Shown piece by piece: positions 8,437 to 20,299 of a DNA stretch of 64,000 nucleotides. Positions within the stretch are counted from its first letter, which is position 1. Every line of letters starts with the position of its first letter. The stretch comes from Heptranchias perlo (lineage: Eukaryota), in the NCBI RefSeq assembly GCF_035084215.1, contig NC_090354.1, positions 24,614,001-24,678,000 of the forward strand. Reading direction: 5' to 3'. The translations under genes were made by a program, and so were the position numbers. Under the pieces are notes generated by a model. The model was not told where the DNA came from. It did not search any database and was given only the letters and a program-made list of their open reading frames with translations.

Positions 8437-11400
8437 ATGGATTTGGCGAGTGTTTGGAGATTTTGGATTGTGTGGGTCTTGTTTTCCGGGACCCTGAGTC
8501 TGGGCTGTGAGAGGCTGCAGTTACAGCAAGTTCTCAACAGAGAGACTCTGAGCAAACTGAATGAAATGGTGAGTTTAAACAGCATCAAAAGTCGGAACCG
8601 AACTATACAGGGTCTGTTTGTTATGAAAAGTTATATCAGGAGAAATAGTTTGGGGTTTTGTAACTTTGTCCAATTAATATCAACTGAGTCTTCAGTATGA
8701 ATTTGACGTCTTTATGGTTAGAGTGACTCTACTGTTACACTCGGTACACTCATTGATAGTGTCCTACAGCAAGAGTTCCCTGAAACCTGGAGGGGTAATT
8801 AGACCCCTGGTTGGAACAGAGGAATTAGACCTTGAGGCGACAGGGAGAATCGGGTAAAGAAGAGATGGGAATCAGGGGCTGAGTGGAGAGGGAACGTGAT
8901 CCTGATGGAAGACGTGGAATCAGACCATGAGGGGAGAAGGGAACTGAAAAACTGATGAACTGGGCAATCTTATATTGAGGGGAGGTTGAGTCAGATTCTA
9001 TAGGTTGACTCTTTTGAGTGGAGAAAGGAAGTGAATGACTGAAGGGGGGGGGGGGGTAATCTTATATTGAGGGGGGAGATTGAATCAGACCCCGGGGGAG
9101 TTGAATCAGATTCTAAGTGAAGGAGGGAATCAGTTCTGAGGAGAGAACGAAAACCGAACAGTGAGGAGTGGGGTACCCTGATATTAAGGAGGGAATCAGA
9201 TCTGAGGAGAGAATGGGAACTAGATACTGAGGAGACGGGAAGTCATGAATTGAGGAAAGAGAGGGAATCAGATATTGAGGGGTGGGAGAAATCGAGATTG
9301 AGGGGAATCAGATATTAAGGGAAGAGGGGAATGATGGTTTGAGTGGGAAACAGAAACGGAGGGATGGTGGAGATGAGACCAAATGGAGAGTGGGAGAATC
9401 AGATACAGAGGAGAGGGGAAATCAGGCCCTGGGTGGGGGGGGGGGGGTGGCACACCCTGATATAGAGAGGGGAGAATCAGAGACTGAGGGTAGAGGGAAA
9501 CCAATATTGTCTGGAAAGGGAGAATCTGATGTTGAGGGAAGGGAGCAATCAGACCCCGAGGGTAGAAAGGAAATGAAACACTGAAACACTGAGAGGGGTA
9601 ATTATATTGCGGGAGGGTGAATCAGACTCGGCGGGGGTGGGGGTGGGAGAACAGAAGAGACACTGAGGGGAGAGGGGGACACCCACAGGACTCGGCAGCT
9701 CCGGCGGTCGCTCAGTTTCTGATCCTTCAGATCGGCTCTTTACCCTGGGTCGTTTGAGCATGGTTTTGGCGAGTATTTGGAGATGTTGCATTGTGTGGGT
9801 CTTGTCCTGGACCTTGAGTCTGGTCTGCGAGAGGCTGCAGTTACCGCAAGTTCGAAACACACAGAATCTCAAGAAACTGAATGAAATGATGTGTTTAAAC
9901 AGCATGCAGAGCCGGATTCGAAACACACAAGGCCGGTTTGTTGTAAAAACTCATATCAGGAGAAATAGTTTGGCGTTTTATAACTTTATTCAATTAAAAG
10001 TCACTGATTCTCCTGTATTTCTCTCTGGGCTGTCTGTGACGGTGATGATCTTCTGTTTCAGGGCGGTCCCTTTCCCCGTCAGTGTGTTAAAGAGAGGCTC
10101 TCGCTGAAAACCAAGTCCTTGAACCTGGTGAAACTTTCAGGGGGTTTACAGGTGAGCGAACACTGGATATTATTTTATATTATTCAAGCAAGAGTTTGCT
10201 AGAAACTATGAGTAAGATCAACAATCTCATCAGAACTTTAATCAGGAAATTCAAACCCCGTGTTGGCCGCCCATTGATGTGAAAATGGCAGAAATATTCA
10301 CTCGCTCCAGCTCACTCTCTCTATCTCACTCCCTCTAATTATCTTACTCCGTCTAACCTCCTCAATCCATCCAACCATCTCACTCCTAATAATTCCATTT
10401 CCTTTAACTATCTGACTCCCTGTATTCATCTCACTCCGTCTTATCATCTCACTCCTAAACTGCGATGATTGGCTATGTGGTATGCATCATCACGGGCAGG
10501 TTAAATCATAGATTCATAGAATGATCCAGCACAGAAGGAGGCCATTTTGCCCATCGTGCCTGTGTCAGGTCTTTGAAAGAGCAATCCAATTAGTCCCACT
10601 CTCCTGCCCATTCCCCACAGCCCTGAAAAATATGCCCCTTCAATTGATACAGTTCCATTTTGAAAGTTATCATTGAATCTGCTTCCACCACCCTTTCAGG
10701 CAGTGCATTCCAGATCATAACAACTCGCTGCATAAAAACATTTCTTATCATCTCGCATCTGGTTCATTTGCCAATTGCCTTTAATCTGTGCCCTTTAGTT
10801 ACTGACCCATCTGCCACTGGAAAAGTTTCTCCTTATTTACTCTATCAAAACCCTTTCAACACCTCTATTAAAACTTACCTTAACCATCTCTGCTCAAGAG
10901 AACAACTCCCGATCTTCTAGTCACTCTACATACCTGAAGTCCCTCATCCCTGGTACCATTCTAGTCAATCTCTGCTGCACCATCTCTAAGGTTTTGGCAT
11001 CCTTCCGAAAGAGTGGTGCCCAGAATTGGACACAATATTACAGCTGGGGCTGAAACATTGATTTATAAAGGTAAAACACATTGTCCTTGCTTTTGTACTC
11101 TATGCATCTGTTTTTAAAGCTCAGGATCCTGTAAACTTTTTTAACAGTCTTCTCAACTTGTCCTGCCATCTCAAAGATTTGAGTACGTAAACCCCCAGGC
11201 CTCTCTGTTCCCGTCCCCCTTCAAAATTGTAACATTTAATTTATATTGCCTCTCCTCATTCATCCTACCAAACTGCATCACTTCACACTTCTCTGTGTTA
11301 AATTTCATCTGCCATGTGTCTGCCCATTTCACCAGTTTGTCTATGTTGTCCTGAAGTCTGTTACTATCCTCCTCACTGTTTCCTACAGTCTTGAGTTTCA

Positions 11401-13430
11401 TGTCATCTGTACACTTTGAAGTTATGCACTATATACGCAAGTCCAGGACATTAAAATATATCAATAAGAGCAGCGGTCCTAACACTGACTCCTGGGGAAC
11501 ACCACTTTACACTTCCATCCAGTCTGAAAAACAACCGTTCACCACTGCTCTCTTCTTTCTGTACCTTAGCCAATTTTACATTCATGCTGCAACTACCCCC
11601 TTAATCCCATGAGCTTCAGTTTTGTTAACAAGTCGACTATGTGATACTTTATCAAATGCCTTTTTAAAGTCCATATACACATCAACCACACGACCCTCAT
11701 CAACTCTCTCTTACTTCATCAAAGAACTCAATCAGGTTACTTAAACACAATTTGCCTTTAATAAATCCATGCTGCCTGTCATTTATTAACCCATTTTTTT
11801 CCAAGTGACAATTAATTTTGTCTAATTTTATTGTCTCTAAAAGTTGCCCCATCACCATTGTTAGGCTGACTGGCCTGTTGTTGCCGGGTTTATCCCTCTC
11901 CCCCTTTTTTGTTACATTTGCAATCCTCCAGTCCTCTGGCATTGCTCCCATATCTAAGGAGGATTGGAAGATTGTGGCTGGAGCCTCCGTTATCTCCAAC
12001 CTTACTTCCCTCAGCAACCTAGAATGCATCCCATCTGGACCGGGTGACTTCTCTATTTTAAAAGCTGCTAACCTTTTAAGTACCTCCTTTTAATCTATTT
12101 TTATCCTATCCAATTTCTCTACTCCTTCCTCCTTTACTTTGATATTGGCAGCACCCCCTTCTTTTTTGAAGAAAGATGCAAAGAACTCGTTCAGTCCATC
12201 AGCCATTCCCTCTGCCACCACAAGATCTCCTTTTTTGGTCCCTGATCAGTTCCACCATTCTATTAACTACCCTTTTACTATTTATTTGCTTATGAAAGAC
12301 TTTTATGTTACCCATTAATCTGTTCCAATATACTCTCTTTGCCCCCTTTTTTTCCTTTTTCAGTCCTCCCCTGTACTCTGTATTCAGCTTGGTTCTCCAC
12401 TTTATTATCATACTGGTAGTTATAATAAGCCTCCTTTTTTTGTTTAAGTTTTATCTCCATATCTTTAGCCATCCAGGGACCTCAAGCTTTGGATGCCCTT
12501 CCTTTCCCCCAAATGGGAATGTGTCGAGTCTGTATCCAAACTATCTCCTCTTTGAAGGCCCCGATTGATCATTTACTGTTTTACCTGCCAATCTTTAAAT
12601 CCAATCCACCTGGGCCAGATCCCCTTTCAACTCACTGAAATTAGTTCTCCTGCAGTTGAGTATTTTCATGTTTCATTGTTCCGTGTCCTTGTCCATAACC
12701 GCTCTAAAGGGGTTAAATTAGCCCACAGCGGAATGTGGTAGGAACCAGTTATGTATTAACCCAGTAATATTGCCAACATCAATCCATGTGCCGTAGCTTA
12801 AATTTTTGAAAAAGAAAAAACATCTCTCGGCTGTGGTTTTAAATTCAGACACTTTACACATTTACACCATCATTAAAATGGGAAATAGCTGAGCTGCGGT
12901 GATGGGCTGTTAGGTTTGCCCAATATCGGGCCGGTTAAATAGGAACAGACCCCCTCTAATGTCCTTGTGTGTATTTTGCTCAGACCCAGGACAGGATCCA
13001 GATTGTCCATCAGACACTGCGTCACTTCATCAAGATCTACAGCATGAACCTGGACTCAGTCACATGGCCCCAGGACAAGGTGGAAAACTTCCGGCTTCTC
13101 CTGGATCGGCAGCTCGAAGAGCTGGAGGAATGTGTCAAGAAACCGGGCTCAGAGTCCAGGCCCAGGAGAAACGCCGCCATTCACAAATACTTCAGGAAAC
13201 TGAGAAAATTTCTCAAACAGAAGGTGGGACAATTGATATTTGACTGTTTGGTTACTGACAGATAGTTCATTTCACCCAATTTAAATCTGTTCATTCTCTA
13301 ATGTATTTTCCTGAATATTTCTCTTTTTCAGAGATTCAGTGTCTGCGCCTGGGAAATAATCCGCGCTGAGACCAGGGCCCGTTTACAACAGATCCTTTTC
13401 ATAACGGCACAAATCAGAAGAAGAAACTGA
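8437..13430 (+). CDS. IFN: Type I interferon copy 1, 186 aa: join(8437..8568,10062..10151,12984..13223,13332..13430)
   Basis: Exon 1 [23 protein letters not shown]^[21 protein letters not shown]|gtgagt (in-frame upstream ATG at 8422 adds MGRLN). Exon 2 ttcag|[30 protein letters not shown]|gtgagc. Exon 3 TQDRIQ...ELEECVKK...[14 protein letters not shown]|gtggga. Exon 4 [32 protein letters not shown]. All introns phase 0 GT-AG; signal peptide ending SLG/C; 4 mature Cys; CAWE motif. Confidence 0.95.
8790..9677 (+). repeat. Purine-rich degenerate minisatellite (GGAATCAGA-containing units, poly-G runs) in intron 1; also ~23290-24272, ~37890-38865, ~52950-53825
   Basis: Repeated G(G/A)GAATCAGA..(T)GAGG motif about every 25 bp; long G runs; ~95-bp sub-duplication in units 2 and 3 only. 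Confidence 0.75.
9760..9888 (+). pseudogene. Duplicated IFN exon 1 (exon 1b) with lost splice donor, unit 1
   Basis: [43 protein letters not shown] aligns to exon 1. It is followed by ATGTGT where exon 1 has GTGAGT. Flanking 5'UTR and intron homology spans ~9678-10012. Confidence 0.85.
10305..10460 (+). repeat. CT-rich ~19-bp degenerate tandem repeat (ATCTCACTCC) in intron 2; present in all units
   Basis: Recurrent atctcactcc / atcttactcc / atctgactcc. Confidence 0.6.
10505..12700 (-). mobile_element. Decayed CR1 in intron 2 (also ~25103-27300, ~39693-41890, ~54653-56850)
   Basis: AATCATAGATTCATAGAAT tail; RT fragments [32 protein letters not shown]. Confidence 0.9.
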
Positions 13431-13688
13431 AGACTTTCCAAAGACATGTTTAATAGAGACTGGCAACAATTAATATTTATTTAAAAGACCATCTATTTAT
13501 TAAAAAAAATTATATTTTAAAAGATGTTACCTTGTGTTGCTGTAAACAAGCGATTTGCAGCTAGGTGACTGATGAAGAAGAAGGAATGTCTTGATATTTT
13601 TCTATATTTGTTTATTTATTTTAATTTATTGATATTTATTGGTGTAATATTTATCTTGATGAAATGTTAAAGGTTTGACTACAATAAA
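13431..13688 (+). promoter_or_regulatory. 3'UTR with AU-rich elements and poly(A) signal, copy 1 (equivalents end at AATAAA 28284, 42929, 57835)
   Basis: Multiple ATTTA/TTATTTATT motifs (e.g. ATATTTATTTAAA, TTATTTATTTTAATTTATTGATATTTATT); AATAAA at 13683-13688. Typical cytokine mRNA instability elements. Confidence 0.8.
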
Positions 13689-14549
13689 ATTATACACTTT
13701 TTACACAATGTGTAAAGACAAAAATGAGAAGAGTAAACATGAAGATTTTCCAATGACTTGTTTAATTCAGACTAAGAATGATGATACTTTATGTTAAAGG
13801 CACTGAATTTCTAAAATATATTTTATGTACATGAAAAGTATTATTAATTTTACAATGTTGTCAATTTAGCTCAGCGGTAACACTCTGAGTCATAAGGTTG
13901 TTAGTTCCAGCCCCATTCCATAGGGAAACTGTTCCATTGCCATTCAGCTTTGTGAGGCTCCTTATTCCAGTTGCTGATCTTCCAGTGACAACTCTCTGCA
14001 CTGGATTGCCCTGCCAATACCCAGCTCGGTCACTGGATTACAGAGTGAAGTCAGGATTTCAAAGGTTGGGCTCCAGACTGATGCCCCCTGACCTTAACCC
14101 TGACCCGCTCTGACCTTTTAGTTTCTGCTCTCCCAGCGGCCAGCACTTCAACTCGTCTCAGGGTCATCTTAATTTATTGATATTTATCATCGTGATCTCT
14201 TCAACTAATGAAATGTTAAAGTTTTATACAATGCGTAATGTGAGTTCAAAAAGAAATATTAATTTATTGATATTTATTAAGAGTTGGGGAATAGACAATG
14301 TTTTTCTAAACTGAAAACTTTTTATACTGAATGAAAACGTGTGTGAAAATAAATTGTTTTAATGATAACACTTTTACTGGAGTGATATTCATTTCCCATT
14401 TGTATCTGTCAGTTTCTCATTATAAATGCTCTGGATTCTCCTCCCTGCTGCCTGTTACCGTGACTCCCTCTCCTCTGTATTATCTTCTCTCCACTGTCTG
14501 ATTGTTCCTCCCCGATCAAAGCATGTCAACCCCATTTGAACCCAATTTA

Positions 14550-15150
14550 CCATAAGGACATAAGAAATTAGAACATAAGAAATAGAAGCTGGAGTAGACC
14601 ATACAGCCCCTCGAGCATGCTCCGCCATTCAGCATGGCTGATCTTTGACATCAACTCCATTTTCCCGCCCGATCCACATATCACTTTACTCCCTTGAGTC
14701 CAAAAATCTATCTATCTCAGCCGTGAATATACACATCCTCTGCCCTCTGGGTTAGAGAATTCCAAAGATTCACAACCTTCCAAGTGAAGAAATTCCTCCT
14801 CATCTCAGTCCTAAATGCCCGACCCCTTCACCTGCAACTATGCCCCGTCCTTCTAGACTCTCCAGCCAGGGGAAATAACCTCTCAGCACCTACCCTGTCA
14901 AGCCCCCTCAGAATCTTATGTGCTTCAATGAGAGCACCTCTCATTCTTCTAAAATCCAGAGAGTACAGCCAGCCAACCTGAAAATGACCCATTTATACCT
15001 ACTCTCTGTTTTCTGTCTCTTCATCAATCATCCATGCTTACTAATATATTACCCCCAACCCTATGAACCCTTATCTTGCGTAACAACCTTTTAGGTGGCA
15101 CCTTATCGAATGCCTTTTGAAAATACAAATATATTACATCCACTGGTTCC
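14550..15150 (-). mobile_element. CR1 3' fragment of a different subfamily (ACATAAGA tail), in all units
   Basis: ACATAAGAAATTAGAACATAAGAAATAG tail, then reverse-strand CR1 3' sequence (GAAGAAATTCCTCCTCATCTC, CTACCCTGTCAAGCCCC). Confidence 0.7.
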
Positions 15151-15444
15151 ACTCTATCTCCTAGATACTACCACAGTTTTTCTTTTCAGCTATTCAACCC
15201 AATATTCCCTATTCTCCCTCTAAATGAGAGATGATCGAGCCTGAGGTGTTGAGCAGGAAAGGGGGAATTGATTCATAGAAGCATACAATCATAGAATCAT
15301 ACAGTACAATAGAGGCCATTCAGCCCATCATGCCTCTGCCAGCCCTTTGGTAGTGATATCCAATTAGTCCCATGCTCCAGCCCTTTCCCCATAGCCCTGA
15401 AAATGTTATTACCTTAAATCTGGGAGCTCTGATTACCGACTCTT

Positions 15445-18400
15445 AGAATCATATAGAATGGTTACAGCACAGAAGGATGCCATTCGGCCCATCGAACCAG
15501 TGCTGGCTCTTTGTAAGAGCAATCCAGTTAGTCACATTCCCCCACTCTTTCCCCATAGCCCTGCAAATTTTTCCCTTCAAGTATTTATACAATTCCTTTT
15601 TGAAAGCTATGATTGAATCCACTTCCACCACCCTTTTCGGCAGCGCATTCCAGATCATAACAACTCGCTGCATAAAAATAGCTTTCCTCATGTCACCTTT
15701 GGTTCTTTTGCCAATCACCTGAATCTGTATCCTTTGGTTCTCGACCCTTCTGCCAATCGGAACTGTTTCTTTTTATTTACTTTATCTAAACCCTTCATGA
15801 TTTTGAATGTTTCAATCAAATATCTGCTCCAAGGGGAACAACTGCAGCTTCTCCAGTCTATCCAGGTAACTGAAGTCACTCCTCTCTGGAACCATTCTGG
15901 TAAATCTTTCTGCACCCTCTCTAAGGCCTTCACATCCTTCCCAAAGTGCGGTGGCCAGAATTGGACACAATACTCCAGTTGTGGCTGAAACAGTGTTTCA
16001 TAAATGTTCAACATAACATCCTTGCATTTGTACTCTATGACTCTATTTTTAAAGTTCAGGATCCCACTTGCCTTTTAAACCACTTTCTCAAGCTGTCCTG
16101 CCACCTTCAAAGATTTCTGCACATATACCTCCAGGTCTCTATATTCTTGCTCCTCTTTTAGAATTGTACCGTTTAGTTTATTTTGCCTCTCCTCATCTTT
16201 CTTGCCAAAATGCATCACTTTGCACTTCTCTGCACTAAATTTCTTCTGCCATGTCTTCGCCCATTCCACCAGTCTGTCTATGTCCTTTTGAATTCTATTA
16301 TTATCCTCCTCCCTATTTCCCACACTACCAAGTTTTGTGCCATCTGCAAATTTTGAAATTGGGCCCTGTACACCTAAGTCCAAGTCATTAATATATATCA
16401 AAAAAGCAGTGGACATAATACCGACCCCAGGGGAACACCACTGTATACCTTCCGCCAGTCCAAAAAACAACAGTTCACCACTACTCTCTGTGTCCTGTCA
16501 CTTGGCCAATTTTGTATACATGCTGATGCTGCTCCTTTTATTCCATGGGCTTCAGTTTTGCTGACAAGCCTATTATGTGGCACTTTATCAAGTGCCTTTT
16601 GAAAGTCCATATACACAACATCAATCGCATTGCCCTCGTCAACCCTCACCAGCCTTTCTAGTAGCTCCTCTTTATCAATTTTTAGCCCATCCAGTATCGC
16701 AACTACCTCCTCTCCTACTGTGACTTTGGCAGCATCTGCTTCCTTGGTAAAGACAAATGCAAGGTTCTCATTTAGAACGTGGCCATGCCCTCTGCCTCCA
16801 TGTGTAGATCTCATTTTTGGTCCCTAATTGACTCCATCCCTCATCTTATTACCCGTTTACTATTTATATGCCTATAGAAGATTTTGAATTCCCTTTTATG
16901 TTAGCCGCTAATCTGTTCTCATACTCTCTCTTTGCCCCTCTTATTTCCTTTTTCACTTCTCCTCTGTACTTTCTATATTCCACCTGGTTCTCTCTTGTAT
17001 TATCAACCTGACATCTGTCATACTGTCTATTTCTGTTTCATCTTACTCTACCTCTTCTGTCACGCAGGGAGCGCTGGCTTTGATTTCCCTACCTTTCCCC
17101 CTCGTGGGAATGTACCAAGACTGTACCCGAACCATCTCCTCTTTAAAAGTCGCCCATTGTTCAATTACAGTTTTGCCTGCCAATCTTTGATTCCAATTTA
17201 TCCGTCCAGATCCGTTCTCAACCCACAGAAATTGGCCCTCCTCCAGTTAAGTATTTTTAATCCAGATTGCTCCTTCTCCTTTTCCAAAACTAATCTAAAC
17301 CTTATGATCATTGTTCCTTAGATGATCCCCCACTAAAATTTACTCTACTCGACCCACTTCATTCCCTAGAACTAGATCCAGCAATGCCTCCTTCCTCGTT
17401 GGCCAGAAATATACTGATCAAGAAAGTTCTTCTAAACACACTTAAGAAATTCCATCCCCTCTTTGCCATTTAAACTATTACTATCCCACACTATATTAGG
17501 ATGTTTGAAGTCCCCATTGTCACTACTCTATAGTTCTTCCACCTCTCTGTAATTTCCCTGCAAATTTCCTCCTCTATATCATTCACACTAGTTGGCGGCC
17601 TAAAGAATACACCCAGTAGTGTAATGGCACCTCTATTGTTTATATCTCTAACCAAATAGATTCTGTCCTTGACCCCCTCAAGGACATCCTTTTTCTCCAG
17701 CACTGCAATATTCTCCTTAATCATACTGCCACCAATCCCCCACCCCACCTCCTTTTCTTACTTCAGATCTTTCCTGAACACCGTGTATCCAGGAATATTT
17801 AATACCCAATCCTGCCCTTTTTTGAGCCAGGTCTCCATTATCGCCACTACATCATATTCCCATGTGACTATTTGCACCTGCAGCTCACCAACCTTATTTA
17901 CCAGGCTTCGTGCCTTCACACACACACACACACTCTCAACCTATCTTAGACCTTCTCATCTTATCTCTTATACCGATCCCACCTAACACTGTACTATTTC
18001 TTACTCTAGTTCTATCTGTCACTCACAATCCTTTGTGCACTTTGTTTCTCCTTTCTAATGCTTCTTGCTGGTGACCATCACCTTGCAAAATTAGTTTAAA
18101 CCCTCCCCCACAGCACTGGTGACCCACCCCATGTGGACATTGGTCCCAGGTCTATTGAGGTGCAATCTGTTCATCTTGAACAGTTCCCTCCTGCCCCAGA
18201 ACTGGTCCTGATGCCCCAAGAATCTGAAGCCCTCCCTCTTGCACCATATCTCTAGTCATGCATAAACTTGCCTTATCTTCCTCTTTCTGTATTCACTGGC
18301 GCATGGCACTGGGAGTAATCCAGAGATTACTACCTTTGAGGTCCTGCTTTTTAACTTCCTCCCTCGATCCTGAAACTCTGACCGCAGGACCTCATCCCCT

Positions 18401-19320
18401 TTCTTTCCTTTGTTGTTGGAACCCACACACGGACCACGACTTCTGGCTGTTTCTATTCCCCCCACAGAATCTTCTGCACCCTCTCCATGATGTCCTTCCT
18501 GGTACCAGGGAGGCAACACAACATGTGGGACTCAAGTCGGCGATCACAGAAACGACCGTCTGTCCCATTGACTATCGAATCCCCGATGACTACTGCAGTT
18601 CTACACTTCACTCTGCCCCACTGTGCAATCCTTTGCCCCATGGTGCCACGCTCAGGACTGCACTCCTTTGAGGTGTAGTCACCCTCACTGGTATTCAATC
18701 CTGAATTGAATACCAGTGAGAGTGCCACACACCCAGAAGATTCTTGCACTGCCTGCCTCTTCCTATCAGTTCGGTCGGCCACCCACTTGCTATCCTGAAC
18801 TCTCTGTACCTGCAGAGTGACCACCTGCTGCAATGTACGATCCATGAAACCTTCAGCCTTCCTTATGCTCTGCAGTGACTCCAGCTGCCTCTCAATCTCA
18901 GAAACCCTCAGCTTAAGCTCGAGAAACTAGAGGCATTTCCTGCACGTGTGGCCCTCAAGGATACATGAAGCATCCTGAAACTCCAACACGGCACAGGGAT
19001 TGCAGGCAATGAGTCTCAACTGTCAGTCCATTATATTTAGAAAGCTTCATTTTGCAAACTCCCTTTGGATACTTGCTTATTGTTAATTTACTTATTGTTA
19101 CTTATCCCAATTAACCTACCCTTAATCCGTGGTCACTCAGAGCTCCTCCTCTCTGTTCACTGTGACGTCACTGTGATGTCACTCCCTCTGTTCTTCATGA
19201 ATGGGAAAGGGTTCCTCCCCTGGTGCTCAGCACCGCTTCTCACAACTCTGCTCCGCTCCTGCTTTTGTACTGATACCTGGGGCCTCCCATGGTGCTCAGC
19301 ACGTCTTCTTCTGACTGAGT
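15445..19320 (-). mobile_element. Near full-length decayed CR1 LINE (ORF1 esterase-like + APE endonuclease + internally deleted RT), unit 1
   Basis: ORF1 AVVIGDSIV.GTD..FC....CCLPG (GDSL/SGNH-like); endonuclease LGVFFRPP...VVTMGDF.HPNI.W; RT DVVYMDFQKA.DKVPH.RL, SKFADGTKL, LEYCVQFW; 3' tail AGAATCATATAGAAT. The 5' boundary is approximate. Confidence 0.88.
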
Positions 19321-19810
19321 TATTCATCTATTTGGAGATAATGGGGGGAAAATTGGATAAGGGCCGTTTTTGGGTGCAAGTAGTGCGATGCGCTATTACC
19401 CCACCCCCAATGACCCCTGAGCAGGCAGGACATAAGTTTCTGCCGGCCGGAGGACTCACCTGCAATCAACGTTCCATTCCGGGCCTTGGACCTGCAATCA
19501 ATGCAATTTGCATTTTCCACCACTGGGGCGAGCTCAATCTCTGAAAGGGAGGATGTTTCTTCGAAATCTCTGAAAGTAGTTGGTATCTGTTATTTGCTGA
19601 AAATAACAGTCTGCTGTCTGCATGGAGTCTGAACAGAGTTCAGAGGTCGCACACATAAAATACAGGTGCAGGTCCCATCCTTATGTTTACACACTGTAAG
19701 TTATGTTAAAACATTGAATAAAAGTTGGGCACAACTAAATCCAACATCCTAAGATCTGCACTTCGGACCTCACCAATCTGCCAATCTGAGTTGGTACCAG
19801 GCCTGCAAGA

Positions 19811-20039
19811 ATGCGTGCACCAAGGTTCTCTGCTGATGCACTAGAGACCTTGGTGCAAGGGGTGGACAGAAGGAGGGACATCCTATACAAGTGGGGGAGG
19901 GGGGGTGCAAGAAGCACTCCAGACATATATCCAAAGGCAGTGGGAGACAGTGGGGGACGAATTTAATACCAGGCACAAAACATCATGAACATGGATGCAG
20001 TGCAGGAAGAAGTTCAATGCTTTGACATGAGTGGTCAAG
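19811..20039 (+). mobile_element. Myb/SANT-like DNA-binding domain remnant, probably from a PIF/Harbinger transposon (also 34412-34640, 49050-49281, 63966-end)
   Basis: MRAPRFSADALETLVQGVDRRRDILY...QWETVGDEFNTR...*TWMQCRKKFNALT*VVK|gtgagt, with TGA stops and a poly-G frameshift. Confidence 0.7.
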
Positions 20040-20299
20040 GTGAGTGAGGCCAACTGTCTAGTGGCATCCCCTACGAACTGCACCACGCACTACACCCCTC
20101 ATCACCCACATACCTACAAACTCTTTCCATCTCTACTCAATACTTCCAATCAGATGCTTCCTCTCACCCTTAAACATTACCACTGTCGCAAGCCGCCCAC
20201 CCACAACTCACAGGCCACACACACTGGTAGCTATTCAACCATGACAGGCACATCAACCAGACATCCCGCTTTCTTGTAGGAGAAGGTAGCGCATACCAG

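Noticed and set aside
8422-8700. 92-aa single-exon ORF as a standalone gene
   Set aside because: It is IFN exon 1 reading into intron 1 past a consensus GTGAGT donor.
8790-9677. CRISPR-like repeat-spacer array
   Set aside because: Repeats are short, degenerate and low-complexity in a eukaryotic intron; no cas genes.
12959-13243. Overlapping alternative-frame ORF ([13 protein letters not shown]...) across exon 3 in all copies
   Set aside because: It starts within the splice acceptor tract and is best explained as a shadow frame of the IFN exon.
13867-13920. tRNA gene
   Set aside because: Only degenerate A/B-box-like motifs and no cloverleaf; consistent with a SINE head.
19065-19544. 159-aa ORF with hydrophobic N-terminus
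   Set aside because: It spans a CR1 5' region and adjacent repeat, starts at TTG, and is frameshifted in units 3 and 4.
19811-20039. Domesticated MSANTD-like host gene
   Set aside because: In-frame TGA stops and a frameshift in the complete copies; treated as transposon debris.
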